The notes under the pieces are model-generated. The model did no database searches, was not told where the DNA came from, and saw only the letters and a list, made by a program, of their open reading frames with translations. A DNA stretch of 64,000 nt from Syntrophomonadaceae bacterium (lineage in GTDB: Bacteria; Bacillota; Dethiobacteria; DTU022; UBA8154), in the NCBI GenBank assembly GCA_007135125.1, contig SLJK01000057.1:3612-67611 (forward strand), read 5' to 3'. This document shows, piece by piece, positions 1-9,574 of the stretch. How positions within the stretch are numbered: the stretch's first letter is position 1; each line of letters opens with the position of its first letter. The translations under genes and the position numbers were made by a program.

Positions 1-2
1 CA

Positions 3-560
3 GTGGACTATGATTCGGTAGGCCAGACAGGTGCCATCATGGGTTCCGGTGGGATGATTGTAATGGATGAAACAACCTGTATGGTGGATATGGCACGCTT
101 TTTCCTTGATTTTGTGCAAAACGAATCCTGTGGTAAATGCGTTCACTGCCGCCTGGGCACCAAGAGAATGCTGGAGATTTTGACACGTATTACCGAGGGT
201 AAAGCTCAACCCGAAGAACTGGATCTGTTGGAAGAACTGGCCTATAACGTCAAGGAAGGATCACTGTGCGGTCTGGGGCAAACCGGCCCCAATCCTGTGC
301 TGACAACTCTTAAATATTTCCGCGATGAGTACGAAGCACATATTATGGATCGCAGTTGTCCGGCCAAGGTATGCCGAGAGCTTCTAACATTTACTATAGA
401 TCCGGAGTTATGTAATGGCTGCCGACGCTGTGTAAAGCGCTGTCCGACAGAATGCATTACGGGTGAAAAGAAAGAACCCCATGTTATTGACCAGGATAAG
501 TGCATCAAATGTGGAAATTGCTATGATGCTTGCAAGTTTGATGCCGTTATAATGGAGTAA
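3..560 (+). CDS. NADH dehydrogenase NuoF/HndC-like flavoprotein subunit, C-terminal part (5' partial at window edge)
   Basis: ORF open to the window start. ESCGKCxxCRxG motif typical of the NuoF N3 [4Fe-4S] site, followed by two CxxCxxCxxxCP ferredoxin motifs. Confidence 0.7.
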   Translation: MDYDSVGQTGAIMGSGGMIVMDETTCMVDMARFFLDFVQNESCGKCVHCRLGTKRMLEILTRITEGKAQPEELDLLEELAYNVKEGSLCGLGQTGPNPVLTTLKYFRDEYEAHIMDRSCPAKVCRELLTFTIDPELCNGCRRCVKRCPTECITGEKKEPHVIDQDKCIKCGNCYDACKFDAVIME

Positions 561-608
561 ATAAAATGCAGGGAATCAATTTTTTTATAAAGGGGTTGAG
601 TAGAACAT

Positions 609-3600
609 ATGAGTAAAGCACGAATTAACATAAATAGACAGGAACTTACTGGATATACCGACCAGACTATTTTAGAAGTTGCAAAAGAAAATAGCATAGA
701 AATTCCCACCCTTTGTTTTAGCGGCGAACTGGAAATATATGCTTCCTGCGGACTCTGCCTGGTTGAGGTAGAGGGAGCGCCTCGTCTCCTCAGGGCGTGC
801 GCCACAAAAATCACTGACGGGATGGTTATACAGACTGACAATGAAAAGATTAAAAAAGCTCGCAAATTGGCACTGGAGCTAATTCTTTCAGATCACGCAG
901 GAGACTGCCGCGCCCCCTGTGTGCTGGCCTGCCCTGCTAACTGTGATGCCCAGGGATATGCCGCCCTGGTGGCCAACGGCCAGTATAGGGAAGCATTGAA
1001 ATTGGTGAAAGAGTTCATGCCTATACCTGCTTGTATAGGGAGGGTTTGTCCGGCGCCCTGTGAGGACAATTGCCGCCGAAACCTAGTTGAAGATCCTGTC
1101 TCCATACGCTATTTCAAGCGTCTAATAGCTGATTTGGATTTAGCCAGTGATGATCCATATCGTCCGGAAGTAGAACCTGACACTGGAAAAAAGATAGCGG
1201 TGGTTGGCTCCGGCCCAGCGGGATTGACTGCTGCATATTTTCTACGGCGTAATGGTAACTCTGTAACCATATTTGAGTCTTTACCGGAGATGGGTGGTAT
1301 GCTGCGCTACGGTATCCCCGAGTACCGCCTTCCCAAGACCGTGCTGGATGCAGAAATTCAGCAGATCTTGGATCTGGGGGTGGAGGCAAAAACCGGTGTC
1401 CAATTGGGTGAGGATTTTAGTATTGATTACCTTTTCAAGAATGGTTTTGATGCTGTTTATTTGGCAATAGGTGCACAGAACAGCCGTAGGATGGGTGTTC
1501 CAGGTGAAGATATGCCCGGAATTTTAGGAGGAACAGAATTCTTAAGGGCGGTAATGCTTAATGAAGAAGTCAGCCTGGGAGAAAAGGTGGCCGTAATCGG
1601 TGGTGGAAATACAGCGATGGACGCTGCCAGGACAGCCAAGCGGCTGGGTTCAAAAGTCACCGTGGTTTATAGGAGGGCCAGGGAGCAGATGCCTGCTCAG
1701 GCAATAGAGGTGGACGAAGCAGAAGAAGAAGGAGTAGAGTTATACCTGCTGGCAAACCCGGTTAAAATCGAAGGGGACGGCAAAGTAGAAAAGATGGTTT
1801 GCCAAAAGATGCAGTTAGGAGAACCTGATGCATCGGGACGGCGTAGGCCCGAACCTATCCCTGATGAATATTTTACCCTGGAAGTGGATACTATCATCGC
1901 TGCCATCGGGCAGGATGTTGGAATTGAGAATATTAAGGATGATGTCGATATTGATAAGTGGAACACCATCCATATTGAAGAAGATACCTTTATCACCAAT
2001 GTTCCCGGTGTCTTTGCCGGTGGGGACGCTGTGACCGGCCCCGGAATAGCCATTGAAGCTATTGCTGCAGGGAAACGCGTCACCGAAGTAATTGAAAATT
2101 ACCTGGGCGGAAAAATGGCACCCTATAAAACTTATTATGATATTAAACAAGAAGATCTTACCGAAGAGGATTTTGCGGATAGGGAAAAACAGGAAAAAGT
2201 CAAAATGCCAATCACTGCTCCGGAGGTTCGTGTTCAGAACTTCCGTGAGGCAGAGCAGGGAATAAGCCCAGAGGATGCTTTGAAAGATGGACAGCGGTGT
2301 CTGGAGTGCGGTTGTTTTGATTCATTCGAGTGCAAACTTCGTGATTATGCTACAACCTACCAGGCCAGACCGGAACGTATCGGCGGAGAAAAACATGATT
2401 ATGAAACAGAGGTTCATCCCTTTATTATAAGAGACCAGAATAAATGTATTCTCTGTGGATTATGTGTACGAACCTGCAGTGAAATTATTGGGGCGGAGGC
2501 TCTGGGACTGGTTAACCGTGGATTTGATGCATATGTCAGCCCATCTTTAGACCTTCCGCTGGAGGAAACTTCCTGTATCGCTTGCGGTCAGTGTGTAGCG
2601 GCTTGCCCTACAGGTGCACTGGTTGAAAATATGCCCTTCGATAAGCCAGCTCCCTGGCAGTTTAAAGAAACGGTTTCTATTTGCGGTTACTGCGGTGTAG
2701 GATGCAGCCTGCAAGTGGAAACCATCGGTAATAAAATAGCCAGGATGGTGCCTTATGAAGGACCTGTCAATGAAAGCACTCTTTGTAGTAAAGGACGTTT
2801 CGGTTTCGATTTCGTTAATTCCGAGAACAGGTTAAAAACACCTCTCATCAAAGAAAACGGCCAACTTAAGGAGACAACCTGGAAAGATGCGCTTCTTTAT
2901 ATTTCCAAGAGAGCAAAGTCATTAAAGGCTCGCTTTGGCGGAGAAAGCATGGCTGTATTTGCCGGACCTCGCTACAGCAACGAGGAGAGCTACCTTATTC
3001 AAAAGTTTGCCCGTGGCGTTTTGGGCAGTAACAACATAAATAGCTTTGGCGAAAAGGACAATCCCCTGGCAGAGGTTTTGGGATGGGGAGCATCAACAAA
3101 TTCCTACCAGGAAATAGGTGCAGCTGATTTTATACTGGGCGTAGGAGTAGACTTTACAGACTACCCCATTGTTGCTTTAAAGATGAAGCTGGCCTCAGAA
3201 CAGGGTGGAAAAATGTGGTTGGTGGATAAAATAAAACCAAAGCTGGGCAGTTATGCCGAAAAAGTCTTTTTAGTTAATGAAAAAGCTGATACAGATATTT
3301 TTGTAGCTATGCTGGCCTATTCTTTACAAGAAGGCATTGTAGATAAAGGGTTTACAGGCACCTTTACATCTAATTTCAATGAGTTAAAAGAAAAACTTGA
3401 AAAGAAAAATATTGAGGAGCTGATAACCAACAGCGGCCTTACTAGAGATGACATCTCTACACTGGTGAAAGGTTATGCGGAAGCGAAAAAACCGCTACTG
3501 ATACTTGGTAGTAACAACTTGAGTTCCGAGGCAGCCCAGGTACTGGCCGGGCTAGCGATGCTGCTTGGCAAAGTGGGCAAGCCACGACAGGGAATTCTTA

Positions 3601-4334
3601 ACCTTCGAGGACGCTGTAACAGCCAGGGCATGCTTGATGCCGGTGTTTCTCCTTCTTATTTGAGCGGTTATCAAAAGGTAACTGATGAGCTCAGCAGGAA
3701 TAAATTTGCCCACACGTGGAAAGTCCAGCTGCCTCAAAAAGAGGGATTAAATACAGCGGAAGTACTGGATAACGTGGAAAATGGTAATATTAAGGGCTTA
3801 TTTGTCTTTGGTGAGGATCCAGACGCACCAACATCCCAAAAACTGGCTCAATCGGAATTTTTGGTAGTGCAAGACCTTTTCCTAACAGATCTGGCCAAAC
3901 AGGCTGATGTAGTTCTGCCAGCTGCCAGTTTTGCTGAAACAGAAGGAAGCTTTACAAATAGTGAGCGCCGGGTCCAAAAATTGCGGCCGGCCCTGGCATC
4001 CCCGGCCGGCAAACAAAATTGGGAAATAATGTTAGATTTAATGGAGATGACCGGGTTCCACCAGCAATTTTCATCGCCGGAAGATGTTTGGAATGAAATA
4101 AGGAAGTTATCACCTATTTTTGAAGAAATCACTTACGCCGAACTGGATAATGCTCCTTATTGGGGTGGTTCACCTGTATGCATGATTGACGAATTGGTTA
4201 ATGCCAACGGAAAACTAAAATTCATGCTGCCCGAAAAGGGAGTACCCGTTTTTGAGGAAATTACTATTGTTGACAGTGCTCTTAAATGGTACAGGGAATT
4301 TATGACGGAAAAAGGGCTTCAAAAACTGGTTTGA
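609..4334 (+). CDS. Multidomain Fe-S flavoprotein: 2Fe-2S ferredoxin N-terminus, GltD-like NAD(P)H/FAD domain, 2x[4Fe-4S], and a molybdopterin-oxidoreductase (NuoG/FdhA-like) domain with no apparent MGD C-terminal domain
   Basis: 1241-aa ORF. VVGSGPAGLTAAYFL Rossmann motif of glutamate synthase small-chain type. CxxCxxCxxxCP motifs. SICGYCGVGCS MopB Fe4S4 motif. No Sec/Cys-His active-site signature was visible. Confidence 0.6.
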   Translation: MSKARININRQELTGYTDQTILEVAKENSIEIPTLCFSGELEIYASCGLCLVEVEGAPRLLRACATKITDGMVIQTDNEKIKKARKLALELILSDHAGDCRAPCVLACPANCDAQGYAALVANGQYREALKLVKEFMPIPACIGRVCPAPCEDNCRRNLVEDPVSIRYFKRLIADLDLASDDPYRPEVEPDTGKKIAVVGSGPAGLTAAYFLRRNGNSVTIFESLPEMGGMLRYGIPEYRLPKTVLDAEIQQILDLGVEAKTGVQLGEDFSIDYLFKNGFDAVYLAIGAQNSRRMGVPGEDMPGILGGTEFLRAVMLNEEVSLGEKVAVIGGGNTAMDAARTAKRLGSKVTVVYRRAREQMPAQAIEVDEAEEEGVELYLLANPVKIEGDGKVEKMVCQKMQLGEPDASGRRRPEPIPDEYFTLEVDTIIAAIGQDVGIENIKDDVDIDKWNTIHIEEDTFITNVPGVFAGGDAVTGPGIAIEAIAAGKRVTEVIENYLGGKMAPYKTYYDIKQEDLTEEDFADREKQEKVKMPITAPEVRVQNFREAEQGISPEDALKDGQRCLECGCFDSFECKLRDYATTYQARPERIGGEKHDYETEVHPFIIRDQNKCILCGLCVRTCSEIIGAEALGLVNRGFDAYVSPSLDLPLEETSCIACGQCVAACPTGALVENMPFDKPAPWQFKETVSICGYCGVGCSLQVETIGNKIARMVPYEGPVNESTLCSKGRFGFDFVNSENRLKTPLIKENGQLKETTWKDALLYISKRAKSLKARFGGESMAVFAGPRYSNEESYLIQKFARGVLGSNNINSFGEKDNPLAEVLGWGASTNSYQEIGAADFILGVGVDFTDYPIVALKMKLASEQGGKMWLVDKIKPKLGSYAEKVFLVNEKADTDIFVAMLAYSLQEGIVDKGFTGTFTSNFNELKEKLEKKNIEELITNSGLTRDDISTLVKGYAEAKKPLLILGSNNLSSEAAQVLAGLAMLLGKVGKPRQGILNLRGRCNSQGMLDAGVSPSYLSGYQKVTDELSRNKFAHTWKVQLPQKEGLNTAEVLDNVENGNIKGLFVFGEDPDAPTSQKLAQSEFLVVQDLFLTDLAKQADVVLPAASFAETEGSFTNSERRVQKLRPALASPAGKQNWEIMLDLMEMTGFHQQFSSPEDVWNEIRKLSPIFEEITYAELDNAPYWGGSPVCMIDELVNANGKLKFMLPEKGVPVFEEITIVDSALKWYREFMTEKGLQKLV

Positions 4335-4393
4335 TGATATATTAGGCATTAACAGTTAACTGATATCTTATTAACAAAGGAGGAGGTTTATTA

Positions 4394-5278
4394 ATGGCAG
4401 CAAAAATTATTTCTGGTAAAGACGTAGCGGCGGAAATCAGGGCAGAATTAAAAGATCAGGTGGCAGATTTAAAGACAAAAGGTATTGTACCCGGGTTAGG
4501 TGTGGTCCTTGTAGGTGAAGATCCAGCATCGGTATCTTATGTTACCAGCAAGGCTAAAGGTTGTGAAGAAATTGGAATGTACGAAGAAACGGTTCGCCTT
4601 GATGCGGATACTCCTGAGGATGAAGTCCTGAAAGTAATCGATAGGATGAATAAAGATCCCAAGATCAGCGGGATCCTGGTTCAGCTTCCTCTCCCCGATC
4701 ATATCAGCGTAGAAAACGTTATCAGCTACATCTCCCCGGAGAAAGACGTTGATGGTTTTCACCCCGTCAACCTCGGCAAACTGTTACGAGGCGAACCCTG
4801 CCCACTACCCTGTACTCCTCATGGTGTCAAGCAGCTTCTGGAACGTTCAGGAAACGATCCTTCCGGCAAGCATGTAGTCATCTGTGGCCGCAGCAATATT
4901 GTGGGCAAACCGCTTGCAGCAATTCTTATGCAAAAAGCTAAAGGAGCCAATGCTGTGGTAACAGTGGTTCATACCGGTGCCAAAGATATACCCTATTATA
5001 CCAAGCAGGCTGATATCCTGGTGGCAGCTATGGGCAAGCCCGGAGCCATCACTGCAGACATGGTCAGTGAAGGAACTGTAGTTGTCGATGTAGGGGTTAA
5101 CCGGATTCCTGATGATACCAAAAAGAAAGGCTTCCGTCTTGCGGGAGATGTAGACTATGAACCCGTTGCCGAAAAAGCCTCTTACATTACCCCTGTGCCC
5201 GGTGGCGTAGGACCTATGACTGTAACTATGCTGCTTTATAATACGGTAGAAGCGGCTGTAAGACTTAACCAGGGTTAG
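4394..5278 (+). CDS. folD: Bifunctional methylene-THF dehydrogenase/methenyl-THF cyclohydrolase FolD (canonical copy)
   Basis: SYVTSKAKGCEE (YxxxK), KDVDGFHP, GRSNIVGKP and PVPGGVGPMT motifs all present. Strong RBS AAAGGAGGAGG upstream. Confidence 0.9.
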   Translation: MAAKIISGKDVAAEIRAELKDQVADLKTKGIVPGLGVVLVGEDPASVSYVTSKAKGCEEIGMYEETVRLDADTPEDEVLKVIDRMNKDPKISGILVQLPLPDHISVENVISYISPEKDVDGFHPVNLGKLLRGEPCPLPCTPHGVKQLLERSGNDPSGKHVVICGRSNIVGKPLAAILMQKAKGANAVVTVVHTGAKDIPYYTKQADILVAAMGKPGAITADMVSEGTVVVDVGVNRIPDDTKKKGFRLAGDVDYEPVAEKASYITPVPGGVGPMTVTMLLYNTVEAAVRLNQG

Positions 5279-5292
5279 GAGGTAGAACAATT

Positions 5293-6150
5293 TTGACTGC
5301 CAGGCTTATTAAAGGAGATGAGGTTGCCGAAGAAGTCAGGGCTGAAATTTCGTCAGAGCTAAAAGATCTATACGATGGCACTGGCTATGTAGCTGGGCTG
5401 GCAGTTATTGTTGTGGGAGAAAACCCTACTTCTTTAGCATATATTTCTAATTGTGAGAAACAGGGCGAAAAGATGGGGATTAGTATTCAAGTTCACCGTC
5501 TGGACCAAAATATATCTCAAGAAGAATTGCTTGAAATAATCGAAGAGCTAAATGATGATTTCTTCATACACGGTATTATGATCCAGATGCCCTTACCAGA
5601 ACATCTGGATCATAAAGTGATTGTAGAAACAATCGATCCGGACAAAGATGTTGAAGGAGTCCACCCGATTACTATGGGTAAACTTTTTAGTGATGAAAAA
5701 AGTTTTATACCATGTACTGCCCATAGTATTATGAAAATGATTGAACATACCAGGCAGCCTGTTTATGGAAAATCAGCAGTAATAATCGGCCGCAGCAATA
5801 TAGTAGGTAAACCGCTTTCTCTTTTACTTCTAAGAAGAAATGCTTCCATTACTATATGTCATACAGGCACAGTAAATTTACCAGATATCTGTCGGGAAGC
5901 AGATATAGTTGTGGCAGCAGCGGGCACTCCTTACATGGTAGAAGGAAACTGGATTAAGCAAGATGCAATTGTACTTGATGTTGGGGTTACCCAGGTGGAA
6001 GATAAAATGGTGGGTGATGTTAATTTCCAAGAATGCAGAGAAGTAGCCAGTTGGATTTCTCCTGTTCCCGGTGGGGTAGGGCCACTAACTATTACAATGC
6101 TGATGTGGAACACATTGGAAGCTTTTCGCAAAAAAATGGATCGAATTTAA
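5293..6150 (+). CDS. FolD-family paralog 2 (divergent; Cys where the catalytic Lys is expected)
   Basis: Full-length FolD fold with GRSNIVGKP and PVPGGVGP. AYISNCEKQGE replaces YVASKRK. KDVEG replaces KDVDG. TTG start after AGGAGG. Confidence 0.75.
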   Translation: MTARLIKGDEVAEEVRAEISSELKDLYDGTGYVAGLAVIVVGENPTSLAYISNCEKQGEKMGISIQVHRLDQNISQEELLEIIEELNDDFFIHGIMIQMPLPEHLDHKVIVETIDPDKDVEGVHPITMGKLFSDEKSFIPCTAHSIMKMIEHTRQPVYGKSAVIIGRSNIVGKPLSLLLLRRNASITICHTGTVNLPDICREADIVVAAAGTPYMVEGNWIKQDAIVLDVGVTQVEDKMVGDVNFQECREVASWISPVPGGVGPLTITMLMWNTLEAFRKKMDRI

Positions 6151-6273
6151 CGTTTCCTTGCGTAAAACATAGTAGTTAAACACCAGCAAATGCCGGGGGA
6201 TTCCTTTTGGATGGCCTATTCCCCCGGCATGTTACCTTTGAAAACATCTGGTGTTTTGAAGGGAGGTACAGAG

Positions 6274-7116
6274 TTGGCAGCAAATATTATTAGAGGAGAA
6301 ACTATTGCCCAAGAATTACATGACAATCTTAAACATGAAGTAGCAAAGTTAAAGGAAGACCGAGGAATAACTCCTTGCATGGCCATTATCGTGCTTAAAA
6401 GTCCTGTTTCCCGAATTCATGTAGCGCGCTTAAAAGAGAGAACAAGCCAGCAATTAGGAATAAAATGTCAAATATTTACCCTGCCGGAGACCACCACTGA
6501 GGAAGAGATAAACTATCTTACCGAACGTCTCAATACAGCTAAAGAAGTTCATGGTATCAATATACACCCCCTTACTCCCCATCTCAATCATACCCTTATT
6601 TCGCAGATGGTGGATCCCCGTAAAGATGTTGAAGGCCTAAACTTTTTAAATATGGGTGCCTTTTTGAGTGGGGATTTTAGGATGGTCCCGTTTGTAGCAA
6701 GAGGCATTATGAAATTAATCGAACACACGGGTGAAGATCTGGAAGGGAAAAGGGCTGTTGTTGTGGGACGCAGCCAGTTAGTCGGAGAACCAGTTTCCTT
6801 TTTGTTACTGGAACAAAATGCTACTGTCAGTGTGTGTCATTCCATGACCCCGGACCTATCCACTTTTACGAAAAAGGCTGATGTACTGGTCGTTTCAGCC
6901 GGTCAACCACGTATCATAAAAGGCAATATGGTCAAAGAAGGAGCCATCGTTATTGATGTTGGCGTTAATCAAGTTGGAACCAGGCTGATTGGCGATGTGG
7001 ATTATGATACCGTTAAAGATAAAGCAAGCTGGATTACTCCTGTACCGGGAGGAGTTGGTCCTGTAACCATAGCTATGCTCCTGGATAACCTTGTTAAAGC
7101 TGCCAAGTATTCATGA
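6274..7116 (+). CDS. FolD-family paralog 3 (divergent; His in place of the motif Tyr, altered DVDG region)
   Basis: GRSQLVGEP and PVPGGVGPVT conserved. RIHVARLKER in place of YVASKRK. KDVEGLNF in place of KDVDGFHP. Probable TTG start at 6274 after GGGAGG; the ORF track extends it to 6190. 4-nt overlap with xseA. Confidence 0.7.
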   Translation: MAANIIRGETIAQELHDNLKHEVAKLKEDRGITPCMAIIVLKSPVSRIHVARLKERTSQQLGIKCQIFTLPETTTEEEINYLTERLNTAKEVHGINIHPLTPHLNHTLISQMVDPRKDVEGLNFLNMGAFLSGDFRMVPFVARGIMKLIEHTGEDLEGKRAVVVGRSQLVGEPVSFLLLEQNATVSVCHSMTPDLSTFTKKADVLVVSAGQPRIIKGNMVKEGAIVIDVGVNQVGTRLIGDVDYDTVKDKASWITPVPGGVGPVTIAMLLDNLVKAAKYS

Positions 7117-8375
7117 GAGAAGCAGTAGTATATACCGTTACCCAGCTTAATCAACATATAAAAAGATTGCTTCTAAAAGACAACCTACTTCAAGAAGTTC
7201 TGGTGGTAGGAGAGATATCTAATTACAAACATCATACTCCTTCCGGACATATCTATTTCACTCTGAAAGATGAAAATAGCATACTACGCTGCGTCTTTTT
7301 CCGCCATAAAAACCGTGAACTAACATTTATTCCTGCTGAGGGAATGAGAGTCCTGGCCGGGGGAAATATTTCTCTTTATGAGCGCGGCGGAATCTACCAG
7401 CTTTACATTGCCAGTTTGGAACCTGAAGGACTTGGAGCTCTATATCTGGCTTATGAACAGTTAAAGGAAAGACTCGCCCAAGAAGGGCTTTTTGAAATAC
7501 AACATAAACGATTATTACCTTTTATCCCTCAAAAAATAGGCCTCATTACTTCTTCTTCCGGGGCCGCGGTAAGGGATTTTTTATCTGCACTGGGTAGAAG
7601 ATTTCCTTGCGTAGAAGTGCTCTTTAAGCCGGCAGCTGTACAGGGGACAGAAGCTCCGGCTCAGATCATAGATGCACTGGAAAAATTAGATCAAGAAGAT
7701 TTGGATGTTATTGTTATCACAAGAGGGGGCGGTTCCTTAGAAGAACTGTGGGCCTTGAATGATGAAAAGCTGGCCAGGGCAATTTTCCATTCCGGAACAC
7801 CTGTGGTGAGCGCAGTGGGTCATGAAACGGATTATACCATTGCTGATTTTGTAGCAGATATGAGAGCTTCAACCCCAACTGCCGCCGCCGAACTTATAAC
7901 TCCCCAAAAAGACGAACTGTTGAAAAACATTGAAGTTTTTAAATCTCGATTACAGGATGCCTGGCGATATAAGCAAAGAGAGAGAGACAATTTACTGGAA
8001 AGATTTGAACGTGCCGTAGCATTCAGGTATCCTTATGATAAAATAAATACCGGTAACCAGAGATTGGATGAACTCTGGGGGCGGCTGACCAGAAATATAT
8101 CAGTCCAGCTGCAAAAAAAAGCAGATAACTTACAGGGCAGCGCGAATAGGCTTAATAATTTAAACCCTTTGCAGGTCTTAAATAGAGGCTTCGCCTTTGT
8201 CATGGACAAAGAAAAGAAGCCGGTAAACGGTATTTCTGCCCTGGATCCGGGGCAAAATATTGAAGTGCTATTTAGTGACGGAATTGCTTTCTGTACAGTG
8301 GACAAAATTAGACAGAAAAAACTTTCTTCGGGAGAAGGGGGAGCAAATTGCCTGAAAAAGAAACGGAGCAGATGA
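7113..8375 (+). CDS. xseA: Exodeoxyribonuclease VII large subunit
   Basis: Length and N-terminal OB-fold region (VYTVTQLNQHIKRLL) typical of XseA. Synteny folD-xseA-xseB-ispA. Confidence 0.85.
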   Translation: MREAVVYTVTQLNQHIKRLLLKDNLLQEVLVVGEISNYKHHTPSGHIYFTLKDENSILRCVFFRHKNRELTFIPAEGMRVLAGGNISLYERGGIYQLYIASLEPEGLGALYLAYEQLKERLAQEGLFEIQHKRLLPFIPQKIGLITSSSGAAVRDFLSALGRRFPCVEVLFKPAAVQGTEAPAQIIDALEKLDQEDLDVIVITRGGGSLEELWALNDEKLARAIFHSGTPVVSAVGHETDYTIADFVADMRASTPTAAAELITPQKDELLKNIEVFKSRLQDAWRYKQRERDNLLERFERAVAFRYPYDKINTGNQRLDELWGRLTRNISVQLQKKADNLQGSANRLNNLNPLQVLNRGFAFVMDKEKKPVNGISALDPGQNIEVLFSDGIAFCTVDKIRQKKLSSGEGGANCLKKKRSR

Positions 8376-8581
8376 GCTTCGAAGAAGCATTACATAAACT
8401 GGAAGAATTAACAGAAAAGATGGAAAGGGGAGAGCTTACCCTGGAGGAATCCCTAAAATCTTTTGAGGAAGGTATACAGCTAACCAGCCATTGTCGAAAA
8501 CTGCTTGCAGAAGCTGAATATAAAGTAGAAAAACTATTGCAAACCGGAGAAAAAACTGAATTTGAGGAGTTTACTAGCTGA
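8348..8581 (+). CDS. xseB: Exodeoxyribonuclease VII small subunit
   Basis: 77-aa coiled-coil protein (SFEEALHKLEELTEKMERGELTLEESL). Overlaps the xseA 3' end. Confidence 0.85.
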   Translation: MPEKETEQMSFEEALHKLEELTEKMERGELTLEESLKSFEEGIQLTSHCRKLLAEAEYKVEKLLQTGEKTEFEEFTS

Positions 8582-8627
8582 GTAATTATTTTGAAGCACA
8601 GTTTTAAAAAGAATCGAGAGGGCAGAT

Positions 8628-9563
8628 ATGAAATTTCAAGATTTAATTGAAGATCGAATCAGGTCGGTAGACGCGGCTCTGAATTTTTATCTTCCGGGTG
8701 AAAATGTTTATCCTCAAACTATTCATCGTGCCATTCGCTATAGCGTTTTTGCAGGAGGAAAACGCATGAGGCCGTTATTGGCACTCTTTACCGCAGAACT
8801 TTTTAACCCTGACTGGAAAAGGGTGCTCCCAGCCAGCTGTGCCCTGGAACTAATTCATACCTATTCTCTGATTCATGATGACCTGCCTGCCATGGATAAT
8901 GATGATTACAGAAGAGGAAAGCCAACTTCTCATAAAGTTTTTGGGGAAGGTACTGCCATATTAGCCGGAGATGCTCTTCTAACATATGCTTTTAAAATTT
9001 TGGCCGGTCACACTTTTACTGAAAATGACTTCAATTATTCATATAATCACAATGTCACTTCACAACTAAAATTAAAAGTTATCTCTGATATATCAAGAGC
9101 TGCAGGTTTAGGTGGAATGATAAGCGGACAGGTAGTGGATATGGAATCAGAGTGCAAACAAGTTGACGAAGCCACTTTAGACTATATCAACATGCATAAA
9201 ACCGGGGCCCTGTTAGCTGTTTCCGCCAGAGCTGGAGCAATGCTGGGGGGGTGTTCTGATGAAGAAGCCCACATTATTAGTGTTTTTGGAACATACCTGG
9301 GAAAGGGCTTTCAACTTGTCGATGATCTTCTTGATGTGGAAGGTAATGAAGCAAGGATAGGAAAAGCCACTGGCAGTGACAGTAAGCAAGGAAAGGCAAC
9401 CTATATTTCTATATATGGCTCGGAGAAAATACGATATTTGCGGGATGAGCTTTATCAAAAGGCCCTTGAATCACTTGAACCGATTAAAAACAGGAACATT
9501 GGCAGCTCCAATCTTATGAATATCAGGGAACTGGCACGCACGATCCTTTACCGGGATCATTAG
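8628..9563 (+). CDS. ispA: Farnesyl/geranyl diphosphate synthase
   Basis: Two DDxxD motifs (LIHDDLPAMDNDDYRRG; FQLVDDLLDVEG). Confidence 0.9.
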   Translation: MKFQDLIEDRIRSVDAALNFYLPGENVYPQTIHRAIRYSVFAGGKRMRPLLALFTAELFNPDWKRVLPASCALELIHTYSLIHDDLPAMDNDDYRRGKPTSHKVFGEGTAILAGDALLTYAFKILAGHTFTENDFNYSYNHNVTSQLKLKVISDISRAAGLGGMISGQVVDMESECKQVDEATLDYINMHKTGALLAVSARAGAMLGGCSDEEAHIISVFGTYLGKGFQLVDDLLDVEGNEARIGKATGSDSKQGKATYISIYGSEKIRYLRDELYQKALESLEPIKNRNIGSSNLMNIRELARTILYRDH

Positions 9564-9574
9564 TGGTCTGCCTT

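Noticed and set aside
242-4132. Numerous antisense ORFs (e.g. 242..508-, 521..865-, 1697..2083-, 1815..2150-, 3848..4132-) inside the NuoF-like and fusion oxidoreductase genes
   Set aside because: They overlap a long sense-strand ORF that has multiple recognisable cofactor motifs. They have no RBS or domain features. They are typical GC-driven spurious frames.
609-4334. Calling the large fusion protein a formate dehydrogenase alpha subunit
   Set aside because: The MopB-like domain lacks a recognisable Sec/Cys-His active site and the C-terminal molybdopterin dinucleotide-binding domain. A NuoG-like non-catalytic scaffold is more likely.
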